Shown in pieces: positions 14,074 to 27,330 of a stretch of DNA of 64,000 bases. Numbering within the stretch: the stretch's first letter is position 1; every line of letters begins with the position of its first letter. Made by a program: the position numbers and the translations under genes. This stretch comes from Eledone cirrhosa (Eukaryota), in NCBI GenBank assembly GCA_964016885.1, contig OZ024740.1, forward strand, positions 327,050,001-327,114,000. Direction: 5' to 3'. The notes beneath the pieces are model-generated. The model saw nothing but the letters and a program-made list of their open reading frames with translations. It did not search any database and was not told the DNA's origin.

Positions 14074-14128
14074 ACTGCTATATATATTTCGGTGACAGCC
14101 ATCTTTGGCTGTGACCTCTTCAGGCAGT
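14074..14128 (-). ncRNA. Type I hammerhead ribozyme (family D-related; element ~14022-14250)
   Basis: actgc-CTGAAGA-ggtcacagcca aaga tggctgtcacc-GAAA-tatata-TA-gcagt. Compensatory stem II change relative to family D. Confidence 0.88.
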
Positions 14129-14445
14129 CTGAATTAGTGTGGTAGAGACGAGTACACATGTTGTTGAGGTGTTTAACTTTGTCAATACTCTGATATGCCC
14201 AGTTCCTGGTTGGGTTGTTATTTCACTGAGGAACTGGAATCATATACTCAAAAAATATATATATATATATAACAAAGCAATTGTGGTAAGGAACCAGATG
14301 GACCATAACGCACCAGAGTACTCAATACTTAGGGTAGTAGAGTGGGAAATAGGGAAAAGTATGACACCGACGGCAGAGCTCAAGCCGTTTCGACGACTAT
14401 TTCTGGACTAAATTATAATTTTTAGCCTGGTGAATAAATAGCCAA

Positions 14446-14547
14446 CTCCTAAACAAGAAAGAGGAACTGGAACTGGTAACCGCATGCAAACACAGATTGC
14501 GTAGGACTTACCTCACCCTCAAACCCCATAACGACCCGGGTGGGTAG
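14446..14547 (+). pseudogene. C-terminal remnant of a Penelope-type endonuclease ORF
   Basis: LLNKKEELELVTACKHRLRRTYLTLKPHNDPGG* resembles the LNKxxELxxxCxH terminus of PLE GIY-YIG proteins (recognised from memory). Confidence 0.55.
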
Positions 14548-15226
14548 ACAAGGGCTGATACCCCCCTACTTGCCGAATAAGTTAGGGGAAACCTGAGCTT
14601 ACTTAGGTAGATGTATCTCTTTTCTTTTCTTTTCCTCTTTGTCTTCTTCTTCCCCCTGTTTCTTTCCACCCCCTATTTTCTTCCTCGTCTGCTTTTCCCC
14701 TTCGCCTACCCCAATGCAGCCCATCGGGCCTCTGTAGCATCAGTTCCCCCACCCCTGTAATTTTAAGATAGAATTGGCCTAATACGTTTTACTAACTACT
14801 TATAGCAGACGTGTTAAAACCCTTTAATTCTGTATCACTTCTGGTACTACTCAATTTCTACAAGTTTTTTCTATTCTCAACTTATTAACCTGTATTTGTA
14901 AGATAGCATTGTGATTTTTTTTATTCATTTCTCACTATCTAATTTTATATATTTTTTTATTTATTTCTATTATCTTTTATTGTCTCCTACTCTCATTCGA
15001 TTTACCTATTCTATAACCTCCCTCCTCCACTTCATACACTAGCCTTAGAATCTGCTGTATACATATCACTTTCAACGCTTGACCGTTCCACTCACTCCCC
15101 TATTGTTCTACAGGCAAGTTCAGCCACCCCTACCTCCCACCAAATACCATGATAGACTTATTTGTGTTTACAACAAATTTTAACCAATCCTCTTGACAAC
15201 TACAATCTTCCCATATAAGGAAGTAC

Positions 15227-15320
15227 CCCCTTGACAAGTTCGGCTATTTATTCACCAGGCTAAATATTCTAATTTAGTCCAGAAATAGCCGTCGAAACGG
15301 CTTTAGCTCTGCCGTCGGGG
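15227..15320 (+). ncRNA. Hammerhead ribozyme, U3-A8 variant with long stem II and a true stem III (family F)
   Basis: cccc-TTGACAA-gttcggctattt...aaatagccgtc-GAAA-cggc tttagctct gccg-TC-gggg; GUC cleavage triplet. Confidence 0.8.
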
Positions 15321-15419
15321 TCATACTTTTTCATATATATATATATATTATATATATATATATATGTATCTGTATATATAGAAGTAGTTCCACAACAGTT
15401 AGTTCACCATACCGATAAC

Positions 15420-15500
<81 letters not shown>

Positions 15501-17095
15501 ACGAGGGCGTAATATGAACAATGAAGAAATAATGTGAATTCCAGTTCCGACTACCCCTGGGGAGTATATCAAAGCGATTTAAGATTACCGAGGGCTAACT
15601 TAAATCGAAGTCTTTACAGCAGGTTTACACCTAAAATAAATATAACATACATTTACAATATTTTAGATAAAATACTGTTAAAAGAGGTTAACAATCACCA
15701 CGAATATCACTGTAAATAACTTGCAGCTGACGTTTAAAAAATAAAAAAACAATCGACGATTGAGATTTTATCATTTACAGTTTTCACGATTGTTATTGCC
15801 GTTTACAAAACCTCACCAATAAAGAACGCCATTGGCTAGATGGTTGAGTGTGATTTACTTTGTTTATATGAGCTCGTGTGTAGGTTTATGAACTATTTTT
15901 GCTTGAATTCGTGAATAGCTTTCGTTTGGTCTAAACACATTTACGTTCAACGTGTATATAAATAATCGTTTCATCATAGGCACTATTTTTCCAATTTGCT
16001 TTAGCTTGCAAATTTATGTGTTTGTATATTTTTTCTCATTTTTTTTTTGTATTTCATTTTATAATTTTCAGTTTCCATGGTGATGCAATTGAACATAGGT
16101 TCAAGAACACACAAAGACGAATTAAAATTGTATTTATTTAGACTAAATCAATTCTCATCAAATATAACTGCGATCAAAAACATGCAAGCCGGGATTTTCC
16201 GACATAGTGTATCCAAAATGTTTTCAGTGTATTTCAAGCATAATGTATTCAATGCATCTTCCTCTTCTTAAGACAGTAGAGTGCCATAGAGTGAAAGAGA
16301 TTTGGCTGGTATTCCAAGCAGTTCGGGGGAACAGATAACGACTACCTTGTTGGCATACATAAATAAAAGTAAAATGATATGGTGATGGCAGATGTCGGTT
16401 TCGTACGAACAACTGAAATGCTACTTGTAAAGTTATCAGGTAAGTGGTCGTGTGTTCCCTTAACTCAATTCTCAGTTTGAATTGGTTTGATGTAATTTCC
16501 TTTGGATTAAAGTTAAATAACCCAGAGAAAAAGTGGGGACAGAATCGACCCAACTACTGAACCTGATATTTATTTATCAAGCCCGAAAGAAAGTCAAAAT
16601 TGAACCACAGAGGTATTTGATCTCAGAGATCTAGAATGTTTACTAAACACTATATTGCTATTTCAGCTCTTTAACGATGTGCTATATAAACACTAAAACC
16701 AATAGAAATCCAATAAGTACAAGAAAAATATTTGCAATATAACAACGTTTATATCACAGATAGTAGAAATGATTAGAATAATTCTAAAACGGTTTTAAAT
16801 AGAGAAAGAATACAGAATGCTGAAAATGTGATATTATTAACCAAAATACTTCAAATTCAACGAGAATTAAGGAAATAGAAACACTTGGCATTTTGGAAAG
16901 TAGTTCAGATTCGACCAGACATTAGACATGCAGGCGAGATGAAATTTGTCATATTTTGCTGGAGTTGCTAGACAACAAAGTACTAGAGATGGAAGGGTTG
17001 TAATATGTCAAGAAGAATGAGATGTGTGCTGACTAAAACTAACAATAATTGCCATACACTCACACACACAGACACAAACACACACACACACACAA

Positions 17096-17161
<66 letters not shown>

Positions 17162-17891
17162 CCACACACACACACACACACATACACACACAGACAGAGG
17201 GCAATATCGCTCGGTGAGCTGATTCTGTAATACAGACATAATTTCGGGTTACATTATTTCATGTTACTCTCTAAACATATCTGCAATTTCTGAGTAAAGA
17301 CCCGGAAGTGGCCAAGCTCGCACAAAACTAATTTTCTCAGAAATTTCAACGTGAATAAGAAGTAATCATCAATTTTCTTAACACGTAAGAAGCCAAAAGA
17401 GCTAACTCACCTGCTTATAAAAAATCCTTGGAGCAAAGAAGACTTTATATCTCTGATATTATTTTACTATGGACTAAGTATGGAAGTCTTAACTATGGAA
17501 CAAAATTGAGGACATAATTTATTATATAATTCGAAACACTATTGACTGAAGAATTATAGAGCAAAAAGAGAAGGCATAATTTATTCTAGACACACCATTT
17601 ATATTATATATATTATTCATAAAACAATCATTAACTCCAGTTATATGCATTTATATTAAGATTTGATAAAGCGTTGCGAACATAATTGTACCCCATCAGA
17701 ATATTATTATATCTAGATTTCAATTTGAATTTCGTTGCATACTTAATATGTATCATGCGTTTGCTATACACATTATTAGTTCAACATATTTTCAATAATT
17801 TTAATAAATAGTCATACTCACAATGGAAATGAAAAAAAAAATGAATTATTATTTCATAGGCAATTATATAAAACTCTTGATATAAAACTAA

Positions 17892-19739
17892 TCTGTATAT
17901 ATAAATGAATGTTGCCTGTTTGTGTGTCCATTTTGTACTCGGAAATTAGAAAACGAACACGCACAAAATGACCTCTACCCATCCTTACAATCAGAATTAG
18001 GAAAGGGTTACCCCATCAAATAAGATAATAGATAAAGTAGAATGATATGTATTTTTAAAAATTATAGTCAACTTTATATTGGCACGACAAGAGTTGCACA
18101 CCTTGATTGTCTCCTCATTGTAGTACGACACGGCAAAACCTAGAATAGCTATATATCCCAATTCCTTAGTCTTACAGTTTGTAATGCATTCTGAAATTCC
18201 AACATGTGTACAACTGTCTACAGAACATATACATTCATGTATTTCGTTGCACCATTACTGAGTAGATATACAATATGTTTTATAATAACTTTTAATTTTA
18301 AAAGCCTTGAAACGTTCTAGATTATTATATTCATGGTCCTCATCAGAGATCAGGAGAAAGAAAACAAAGCGATCCGAAGAAAGTGATAAAATGCGACCTG
18401 TTTCTCTAGCTGCTAACAAGAGCAAATTGCTTTGGAATGAACACAAGAGTTAGTAGTGGACGGACAGTAGTTTGGATTAAAACAGGCATAGAACTGCAGC
18501 CGCATAAGAACAACAAACTGAAGACGTAAGAAAAATTAGGCGAAATACTGATCAAGCATACTGTTCTATAGCTCAAGCAGAAGCACAGACCATAAGATTA
18601 GATGATGGGGCTTTTTCCGTGAGCCCCAAAACGTCTACAGCAGCAACCCACATACCACCATATGAAAAATGAATAAATTCTGTCTTTATGGTGTCAAGAA
18701 TTGAACAGCAGTGACATTAGGTTTATTCTGCTCATGAGGCAAAATCTACTTTCTAAAAATAGTATAACATCTCAAATTTCTGAAGAATTGTATTAAAAAT
18801 ACAATTTTGCCTATCAAATGAAAAGCTTTCATTTTGTACAACTTGGGGGACAATGCTACCATTTTAATCATTTCCACAGGACCTCACAATGTTTTTCGGG
18901 TTTACTTAATGGGCGGCAACACTACTGGAAAAAACAATCAATATTGTTTATTTTCATGCTTTGCATTGAAAAAGTAACAAATAATATTCTACATTATTTT
19001 CTACTTAGGTGAGCACAGAAAGCTTATTGTATTAGTAAGCTATTTTGTAATATATGCCAAAATATATTGTTACTTCCAAAAAATAACGAAGTATTGCTGG
19101 GTTCCTCTACAGGCAGATAACTCTTAATGTAGAAGAGGTGACAAATGTATAACAAAAATTATAGTTTTCAAAGAGTATTTCTCCTAGAACCTCATCTTTA
19201 GTACTAGCTAAGTGGAATTCACAGCATCTTAAGAATCAAGCGATTAAAAAAATTGTTATTTCAAAAGAATTTAAGTATTTCAAGGCTAGAAACATCCAGT
19301 AATCTTATAGTTTCCAGAATAAAAATGGAATTAAAACGGAGTGGATTTTCATAACTCTCTTGCATAAGCGAAATCAATAATGTTGAACCCGTTCATGTCA
19401 TTTTATTGAAGTCGACTTGAAAGCTTTTATGAATTTTTGTTTTTTTAATTATCGAAGTATTTGGTTATATTAATTGATTAATAATAATATGAAAAGAATT
19501 CCAATAGGAATTCTTGTCTCACCTTCCTACTCACAAAACACAATTGAAAAGAAGAAAATGCAATAATGTAGTGCGTTGTTATGATTATAGAAAAAAAGAA
19601 AACTCATTTCCTAGATAATTAAAACAAGTATTGCAACGAGTCCTATTAGTTTGTTCGCTTTAAAAGCAATCACTACAGTAAATAAGCTTTTTGTTAAATA
19701 GGTTCAAATAACTTAAATTTCAAAGGAGAGAGTGGCTAG
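17892..19739 (+). mobile_element. Probable degraded Helitron
   Basis: A|TC start (tctgtatatataaa..tgtttgtgtgtcc), CTAG|T end, relic peptides KYNFAYQMKSF (~18800-18830) and AITTVNK (~19665-19686). No clear subterminal hairpin. Confidence 0.45.
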
Positions 19740-19974
19740 TTACAAAATTGTTACAATTATTAGTTTGAAAAAAGCTTGGGAATTAATATAAAATCAGCGT
19801 TCACACGATTGTCATTCAATACTATATTTTATTAAGAAATCGATAAAATAAGTACCAAACAAATACTGGAGTCAATAAATTCGACTGAAGCCCCTGCATT
19901 TGGTGTCTCACTTTGACCGCAGTCTGTTAACTGAAAGCGTAAGAATAATACTTTTGAGTAAAATTTGAACGTCA

Positions 19975-20248
19975 AACACTCTAATGGTTGCTGGGCAGGT
20001 TTTATGGGGAAGACAAACCGGCAAGAGACTCAGAGGTAAAACTCGACCAGGATGGTTGGATAACATCAATGAGCTCGGTTGGTCGCACATAGGGATCAGT
20101 AGAAGACGGCTGCTTCTGACAGGACCCGCTGGAAGGAGTGTTTCAGGACTCTTCCCCACGACCATCTCAAGAAGAAGAAGAAGAAGAAGAAGAAGAAGAA
20201 GAAGAAGAAGAAGAAGAAGAAGAAGAAGAAGAAGAAGAAGAAGAAGAA
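19975..20248 (+). mobile_element. 3' end of an RTE-clade LINE with an (AAG)n tail
   Basis: TGKRLRGKTRPGWLDNINELGWSHIGI resembles the RTE C-terminus (GxRPRGRPxxRWxDxIxxLxWxxLGI), followed by a (GAA)n tail. Confidence 0.7.
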
Positions 20249-20752
20249 ACATGTTAAAATATGATGATTTGACTATTCAAAGTGATTGCTGAGTAACTTT
20301 GAAAGCTTTTGAAATTGACCATTAGCCCAAATGTTTTTGTGATACATAATACACTAATAAGAGGTAGACGAACCAATAAGAGGAGTTAGTATGCAGCCGC
20401 TCGATGTGCTAGAAATAGCAGTCAGATCTTGCTCAAATCACATCTAACCATGATAAAAAAAATCGAAGATATCTTAGAAAATACAGTAAAATGGAATGGT
20501 AAACACTGGAAACTCTTTAATCATAGGACTTCAGATTCAGGACTAATATAAACTAATATAACACGAAACAAAAAGTAGAAAATGGCCATCAATACAATGA
20601 TACCAACCATCACTATATATATATATATATATATATATGTAGATAAATCTACATAACAACACACACACATATATATCCTAGAAACGATCGTAAAATGATG
20701 AATTTTTTAATATCAGGAACTGTTTCTTTGTTTTTATTCATTGTTTTTATTA

Positions 20753-20795
<43 letters not shown>

Positions 20796-20899
20796 AAAGT
20801 TCTATTTAAAATTGTTGGGATACAACAAGTAAATATTTTATAACTGATATAAAGCACTCGACAAGTTTTTGGAGTAGATATACGATATTATTGTATTGT

Positions 20900-20962
20900 A
20901 TTTTGTCTGATGAAGGCATACCATATTTTAATTTGGTATCCCTGAAATATGTATAATGAAAT
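20900..20962 (+). ncRNA. Type I hammerhead ribozyme (family G; element 20793-21007)
   Basis: attttgt-CTGATGA-aggcatacca..tggtatccct-GAAA-tatgta-TA-atgaaat. Confidence 0.78.
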
Positions 20963-21003
20963 AAATATGGTTTTATAAATATAGTTTCCATTTATTTAAT
21001 ATC

Positions 21004-21052
<49 letters not shown>

Positions 21053-21226
21053 AAGATAGTTGGATAGATAACAGGTAAGTGTTAGAATATGGAAATAAGT
21101 ATCACGTTTCAAATTAACACCATTAAATCATTATTTCACCAGATGTCAGGAAATTAATCATGATCGGAATTAATAAAGACTCTGAATATTTCTATAAAGA
21201 AATCTTTAGAATTGAGATGTCATAAA

Positions 21227-21572
21227 TAATTGTTTCTACTTTTGGCACAAGGCCAGCAATTACCCAGTGTATTACTGGTACTTTATTTTATCGACCCCGT
21301 AAGGATGAAAGGCAAATTAACCTCGGCGGGATTTGAACTCAGAATGGCAAGGGCCGTAACTCTATGCGTCAAAGCATGGCGTCCGACCCTCTACCCATAC
21401 TGCCAATCCAACTAATAATAATAATAATCGTTTCTGATTTAGACACAAGGCCAACAATCTTTGAGAGACCGAAAGTCGATTAAATCAAACCCAGTGTATT
21501 ACTGGTACTTCCTTTTATCGACCCCGTAAGGATGAAAAGTAAAGCTAACTCGGTGGGACTTGAACTCAGAAT
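21227..21572 (-). mobile_element. Two tandem SINE copies (21227-21410 full, 21425-21572 partial)
   Basis: Both match the SINE consensus. Confidence 0.85.
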
Positions 21573-21580
21573 GATCCAAT

Positions 21581-21947
21581 GAACATTAGTTAGAGTCGTT
21601 GATAGAACACGATCGAATGAAGGTGCTGTGAGATTTCAGGATACAAACAGATAACAAATTCGATCACAATAAGACTGGCCTGGTGGTTTTTGATAAGGAA
21701 AAAATGGCTTGCTCGTTTATAGATGCAACTTGCCGTTTAACATAAGCGCACAGGACCGAGATCTAGAGTGGGAACTGCAAGGATTCGGGACTGTCATGAG
21801 ATCAATTTCCTTCTCATCGTCATATGAGCACTAGATACTGTCTTGATAAGTTTCCAAGGTTGTCTGAAGAACATTAGCTCCCACTCGTTTTTTGGAACTT
21901 TTCTTCTGGGAACGACAAGGACCCTTCGATACGTCCTGACTATCTGA
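21581..21947 (+). pseudogene. Degraded R4/Dong-like LINE restriction-like endonuclease C-terminus
   Basis: KVL*DFRIQTDNKFDHNKTGLVVFDKEKMACSFIDAT...IVI*ALDTV...LLGTTRTLRYVL. Confidence 0.8.
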
Positions 21948-22062
21948 GGCAGCGGGTTGATGTGTATCTGGGCGAATTATCCGGTTAATAGCATCAATGA
22001 CTGAGATATTAAATTCACAATATTTGCATACATACACACACAGACACACAGACACAAACACA

Positions 22063-22273
<211 letters not shown>

Positions 22274-22629
22274 TTAAACAAGCTGCTATTAATATCATTC
22301 TTAGAATAGTTCACAACCGATTTCATTTGAAAGAAATGTCAATTAGAATTATTTGCGATTCCGAACTGACATCTGCGACTTATTTTCTGAATAATTACTC
22401 CATTAGTAATACTTGCAAACCATATAATGATAAATTTTCTGTAAAATGGAGCATTATAACAATATTAAGAGAAATTTGATGCAGTAATTATTCTTATAGT
22501 ATGAGCGAGGATAAGAACAATTAGATTTAAAAAGTATTCAATTATCAGAAAGGAAATGACGTTTTATTGCTTTATATGATGTTGCGGACAAGGGAATTAC
22601 TGTTATAAACGTATATAAGAGAATTGGGC

Positions 22630-22663
<34 letters not shown>

Positions 22664-23176
22664 GAAGACACTGCTGTCTTAGTTTTATGCAAAGAGCTGT
22701 AACGTTTTTATTGAATTAGAAAGAATGTTGCATGTTTATGTCTATTTGCAAGAGGAAAATGCAGCTAGATTGGAAGTTCATTACGTGGCCAGTCGACCTG
22801 CTACACGTGGCAGTCAAATCCCCTATATAATACTTCCGATTGTTTAATTAGGGAGGCACAATGTATTATTTTGTCATTAATGCACTAAACCTGAAAAAAT
22901 ATGTGAGGATAGTCACGACCTGAATGCTAGTTCAGGGTTAACATGAGGCTAAACAATACTCAATTACAAAGATAATAAGTTCTCAACATTTTCATATTTA
23001 TATAGAATTTGAACCACCCATAGGCTAGAGAATTCTCTTGTTTCGAAGAGCAGCTTTGATATCTTTTGAATTTTGTCAATGATACTTTACACAAGAAACA
23101 CCATGTTTCTATGTTTTTTAGCATTTTGTCATTACTTCTGTACTACAAAAACAGTAACAACATGCCTTTCATTATA

Positions 23177-23374
23177 AGAGGATCGGCTGAAATGTTCATT
23201 GGATGCCTATGAAGGAGTGATGCTTGAGCTGTGAAATCTTGCATGCATTAATTTCAACTCTTCTTATTAATAACTGCATTGTTTCCTTCCAGGGACTATG
23301 TTGAAAATTAAACCTCATTTGGTCATTCCATGAGAGTATCTTGGTCAGCCTATGAACTTCTCAGCCGATTCTCG
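23177..23374. mobile_element. Mariner-type MITE
   Basis: TIRs (A)GAGGATCGGCTGAAATGTTCAT / ATGAACTTCTCAGCCGATTCTCG, with TA on both sides. Confidence 0.78.
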
Positions 23375-24997
23375 TATGTGTTATGAAGAAACTCACAGAC
23401 AAAGTATATTGTTTCAATAAAGCAATATTAATATTTCAATAAAGCAATATTAATATTTTTCCATTCCTCTTTCATTCATTTGACTGAGGCAGTGCCGTGG
23501 TAACACTTTCACTATTACTTATTCACTATTACTTAATCGACTTTGTTGCTGTCCAGATTGTTCAAGCTGCCAAGACGAGGCTCTATTTGTATAGACAATT
23601 GAACAACCATCATATCTGGCCAAATAACTGACTTATAATCGTAGTTGCGTAAAAATCCGTCAACCATCATGTTATTATAATTAATAGAATATCTATCTAG
23701 GTCATACTTGAACAGCATCATCATCTATATAACTATTTTATTCACAGTTAATTCAGCACTTTTTCTGAAGGGGTGATGGAGCTACTGCTTGTACAAGTGA
23801 TTTGGCCCTCAGGTCACATCGCACAGGATATGAATAGTTAACAATTTAACTGCAATTGTGGTTTCACCAGCTAAATATTAAATTAAATTCTATAACAGAA
23901 CCATTTTGGATTCAATGTATGTAGATCGGATTGAAAATGAATGTAAAAACACTATTTTACAATGCTGGACGGTTTACAGCACATATCAACTGCCCCTAAC
24001 TACTGTTAGTTATATAATGTACTCGACTGACATATGCAAACAGTGTAACGTCCGAAATTACATAAAATACACTATTTAAGCGTTAAAATTCTACTTTTCA
24101 GTAAAATTCTCCATGGATTTACGTAATCAATTCACACTGAATACTCCTATGTTTCCTTTCTATTTTTCCTCCGCTCATACCTCTCATTTTAATTTTAACA
24201 TAAGGCATCTTTAATTTGATTCTACCTTAGTACCAGTCTCTTATCTTTTATTCTTTTCTTATCTTGCTCCACACCAACGCATACATTTGCTCTCGCTTGA
24301 AATTTCACGGATATAGTCTTCAAATATCACAAAAATCTTTTATATATATATATATTTGTTTCTTAGTTCATCTGTTCATCTGAGAAGGATATCAACGATA
24401 TAATTTTTGGAATTGCTCGAAAGCAGAGATCAAATGAACTGAAATTGAAGAATCTTCACAGCCGAAACTTGAAAGCCTTATTTTTTGTTTCTTTTAAAAC
24501 ATACTGTTATTCAATTTTCTTCTACAAAAGACAAATAAAGACGAAAATATAGAAAATTATGTATTTTCCTTTCCTTTCAGAAACTTCCTGTCGTATCAAT
24601 ATCTTTTGAGGAAAAACAGAATTCATTTTTACACAACTACTTGTAATGCTGCCATAAGCAAATTTAATTAAATACAAAATTTTATTGAAGGTAAAAATCT
24701 TTGAAATACAAATAAAAATGCTACAAAGAGTAAAATTGATTATAAAACACATATCTTTACATGACAAAAGGCTTGAATTGGTGACTAAATATGCCCCATA
24801 GCTGTTGAACGCAATTTTAGAAGTCGTATAAACACACATTCACATAATACACATTTATAAACATACAAAATACAGGGGGACTTGTCAAATTTTCAATTTT
24901 GGAAATAATGTAGTTTTGGAAATAATATAGTTTGGGCAAAAATACAGTGCAGTAGTACTTGACAGAAATCATTACTCTTTAGTAATTTATACCCAAA

Positions 24998-25083
<86 letters not shown>

Positions 25084-25594
25084 AATACTCACACACACAC
25101 AAGCGTATATCTGCTCGATTAGATTTGACGTGGAAGCTTAAACAACAACAACAATTAATATATACAACAATATGACACATGTTTCTTCTTACAGAACAAT
25201 GACAACTTAAGATTCTATTTTGTAGTATTGCAATGTGTCAACTGGTGAAAGTCTTTATTATTTGTGATTTTTCCGTTACGGCAATTGAGGTTTTAAGGAC
25301 GGAGTTGAACATTGATTTCAGTTAAAGATATTGTATCATGTAAAGGGTATGAAGTCATCAGCCAGTATTCGATATTTGGTATCTTCCCCACACACATACA
25401 TACACAAAAGCACTTACTTGCGCATATATAACGTGGGAGGCGGGAAACTAGGCACTCAAGAAAACGAAATCCAGTTTAAATCAATATTATAATGATTGTA
25501 GTGGAATTTTATGTCTGGCTTTCACACACAAACGCTACAGTCAGACAAAATTGTTCTAAAGTTGGTTCAGGTTCTATTAGAGAATGTTCTAAAC

Positions 25595-25868
25595 CAGTCA
25601 TAGGCAACCTTTCTGAATGGCTCAACTAAATCACCTAAATGAAATCTTTCTAATTTTTTTACCCAAACTTTTCAGTGGTAATTTATCTTTCTATCATTTT
25701 TACGATCGAGGAAAAAAACGAGTACGAATTCTGAAGAAACAAATCAAAACAACCTGAATTACCGCCCTTTTTTTATGTGAACACAAATGTAAATTAGCGC
25801 TTGCGGCCCGCCTGATGATGAACCAAATCTCATGCGGCCCGCTTCTCGAAAAAGGTTGTCCATACCTG
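25595..25868. mobile_element. hAT (Charlie-like) MITE
   Basis: TIRs CAGTCATAGGCAACCTTT / AAAGGTTGTCCATACCTG, perfect 8-bp TSD ttctaaac, subterminal GCGGCCC motifs. Confidence 0.85.
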
Positions 25869-26099
25869 TTCTAAACATTTATCATTCAAACCAAACAGTG
25901 TTATCCGTGTTTCTGTTTGTAGATCTGTCTGTCACACATACACACAAAAACACAGACATACACACAGAGACACTCACTCACACACATGCCATCTCTTTCT
26001 CTCTATATTTCTTTCTTTCTTTCTTCCTTTCTTATCAACATTCACCCTTATTCTCCTTCCATTGATTCTTAATCTACTCTCTCTCTCTCTCTTTATAGA

Positions 26100-26150
<51 letters not shown>

Positions 26151-26455
26151 CTGTGTGTGTGTGTGTGCATGCGAAAAGTCTACGAGGAAAAACAAAACAG
26201 GAGGACTATACAGTACAATGAAGATATATAATTCTTTAATGCTCGATATAGTAGGGAAAGCGTCTTAACGTTTAAGACGTTTGTCCTTCACCAGAAGACA
26301 GAATGAGAGATAGGAGAAGAAATAGAAAGACAGGCGAGTGTAAGAAGAGCGAGAAATGGAAAAGTAATTTTGTTACATGAGGAAAGCACTTGTGGGTCTA
26401 GTCAGCAGTGCCTAGACCAGTGACCTATTTTTTCACACCCTACAAATATTACTAC

Positions 26456-26513
26456 AGTCTTGAAAAGGTTTGCTGAACACACAAGCCGAAACCGCTTTGT
26501 GCAGCGGTTGGAT
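26456..26513 (+). ncRNA. Hammerhead-like motif, U3-A8 variant with weak stem I (family J)
   Basis: TTGAAAA-ggttt..aagcc-GAAA-ccgct ttgtgc agcgg-TT-ggat. A related fold-back remnant lies at 2235-2322. Confidence 0.6.
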
Positions 26514-26542
26514 TTTACATCTCTCTCTCTCTCTCTCTCTCA

Positions 26543-26580
<38 letters not shown>

Positions 26581-26681
26581 TTATACACACACACACACAT
26601 GTATTATGCATTATACATACTTACATATATACATTACAAGGGAAAAGTACAAGTATAATCGGATGGCAAACAGTATGGAAA

Positions 26682-26868
26682 ATAATTGTTTCTACTTTTG
26701 ACACAAGGCCAGCAATTATCCAGTGCATTACTGGTACTTTATTTTATCGACCCCGTAAGGATGAAAGGAAAAGTTAACCTCGGCGGGATTTGAACTCAGA
26801 ATGGCAAGGGCCGTAACTCTATGCATCAAAGCATGGTGTCCGACCCTCTACCGTTACTGCCAATCCAC
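26682..26868 (-). mobile_element. tRNA-derived SINE, full length
   Basis: Near-identical to 21227-21410. Confidence 0.9.
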
Positions 26869-27104
26869 GGAAAATAATAATTTATATTATAAATGTTATA
26901 ACTTTTATAACATATACACAAGCTTTTCAATCGTATTTTCGCTCGCCACAAATTAATTGTATCGAACATAAACGTACGAATGTAAATTTAGTGGGAGAAT
27001 TAAATTGAACCCAGTAATTGATTTATGGTACTTTATTTTATCGACCCCAGGAGATTAAAGGCAAATTTGATCTCGGCAGGACTTTTCATTGGAACGTAAT
27101 GGAC

Positions 27105-27330
27105 TGGAACAAAAACAATAAAACCTGTATGCTGATTGATATGACAATACTAGCATATCAGCTAAATTCATCGAGAAAAAATATCTTCCGAAATATGAAT
27201 ACCTTGCGATTCAAAATTTGCCGAAGCATAAAGGCCTTGAATTATTTAGAATGTGAACATCCTCCAAAATATACCTTCCAGTTGAACCTTATTGACATCA
27301 AAAGTTTCGCAGAAGACATTGTCGACTCTT
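27105..27330 (+). pseudogene. Degraded R4/Dong-like LINE endonuclease fragment
   Basis: NKNNKTCMLIDMTI, then frameshifted EKKYLPKYEYLAIQ. Confidence 0.55.

Larger units (their letters stand above)
14271..15333 (+). mobile_element. Family F Penelope-like 3' fragment with an inverted 5' pLTR
   Basis: The inner part of the left segment (~14355-14445) is an inverted copy of 15240-15330, and 14271-14354 is the extra tail. The interior has an ORF remnant and a 3' UTR. TA-flanked. Confidence 0.8.

Noticed and set aside
24372-24452. HHR-like gttcat-CTGAGAA...GAAA...atgaac
   Set aside because: C3-A8 mismatch, poor stems II and III, and no UH in register.
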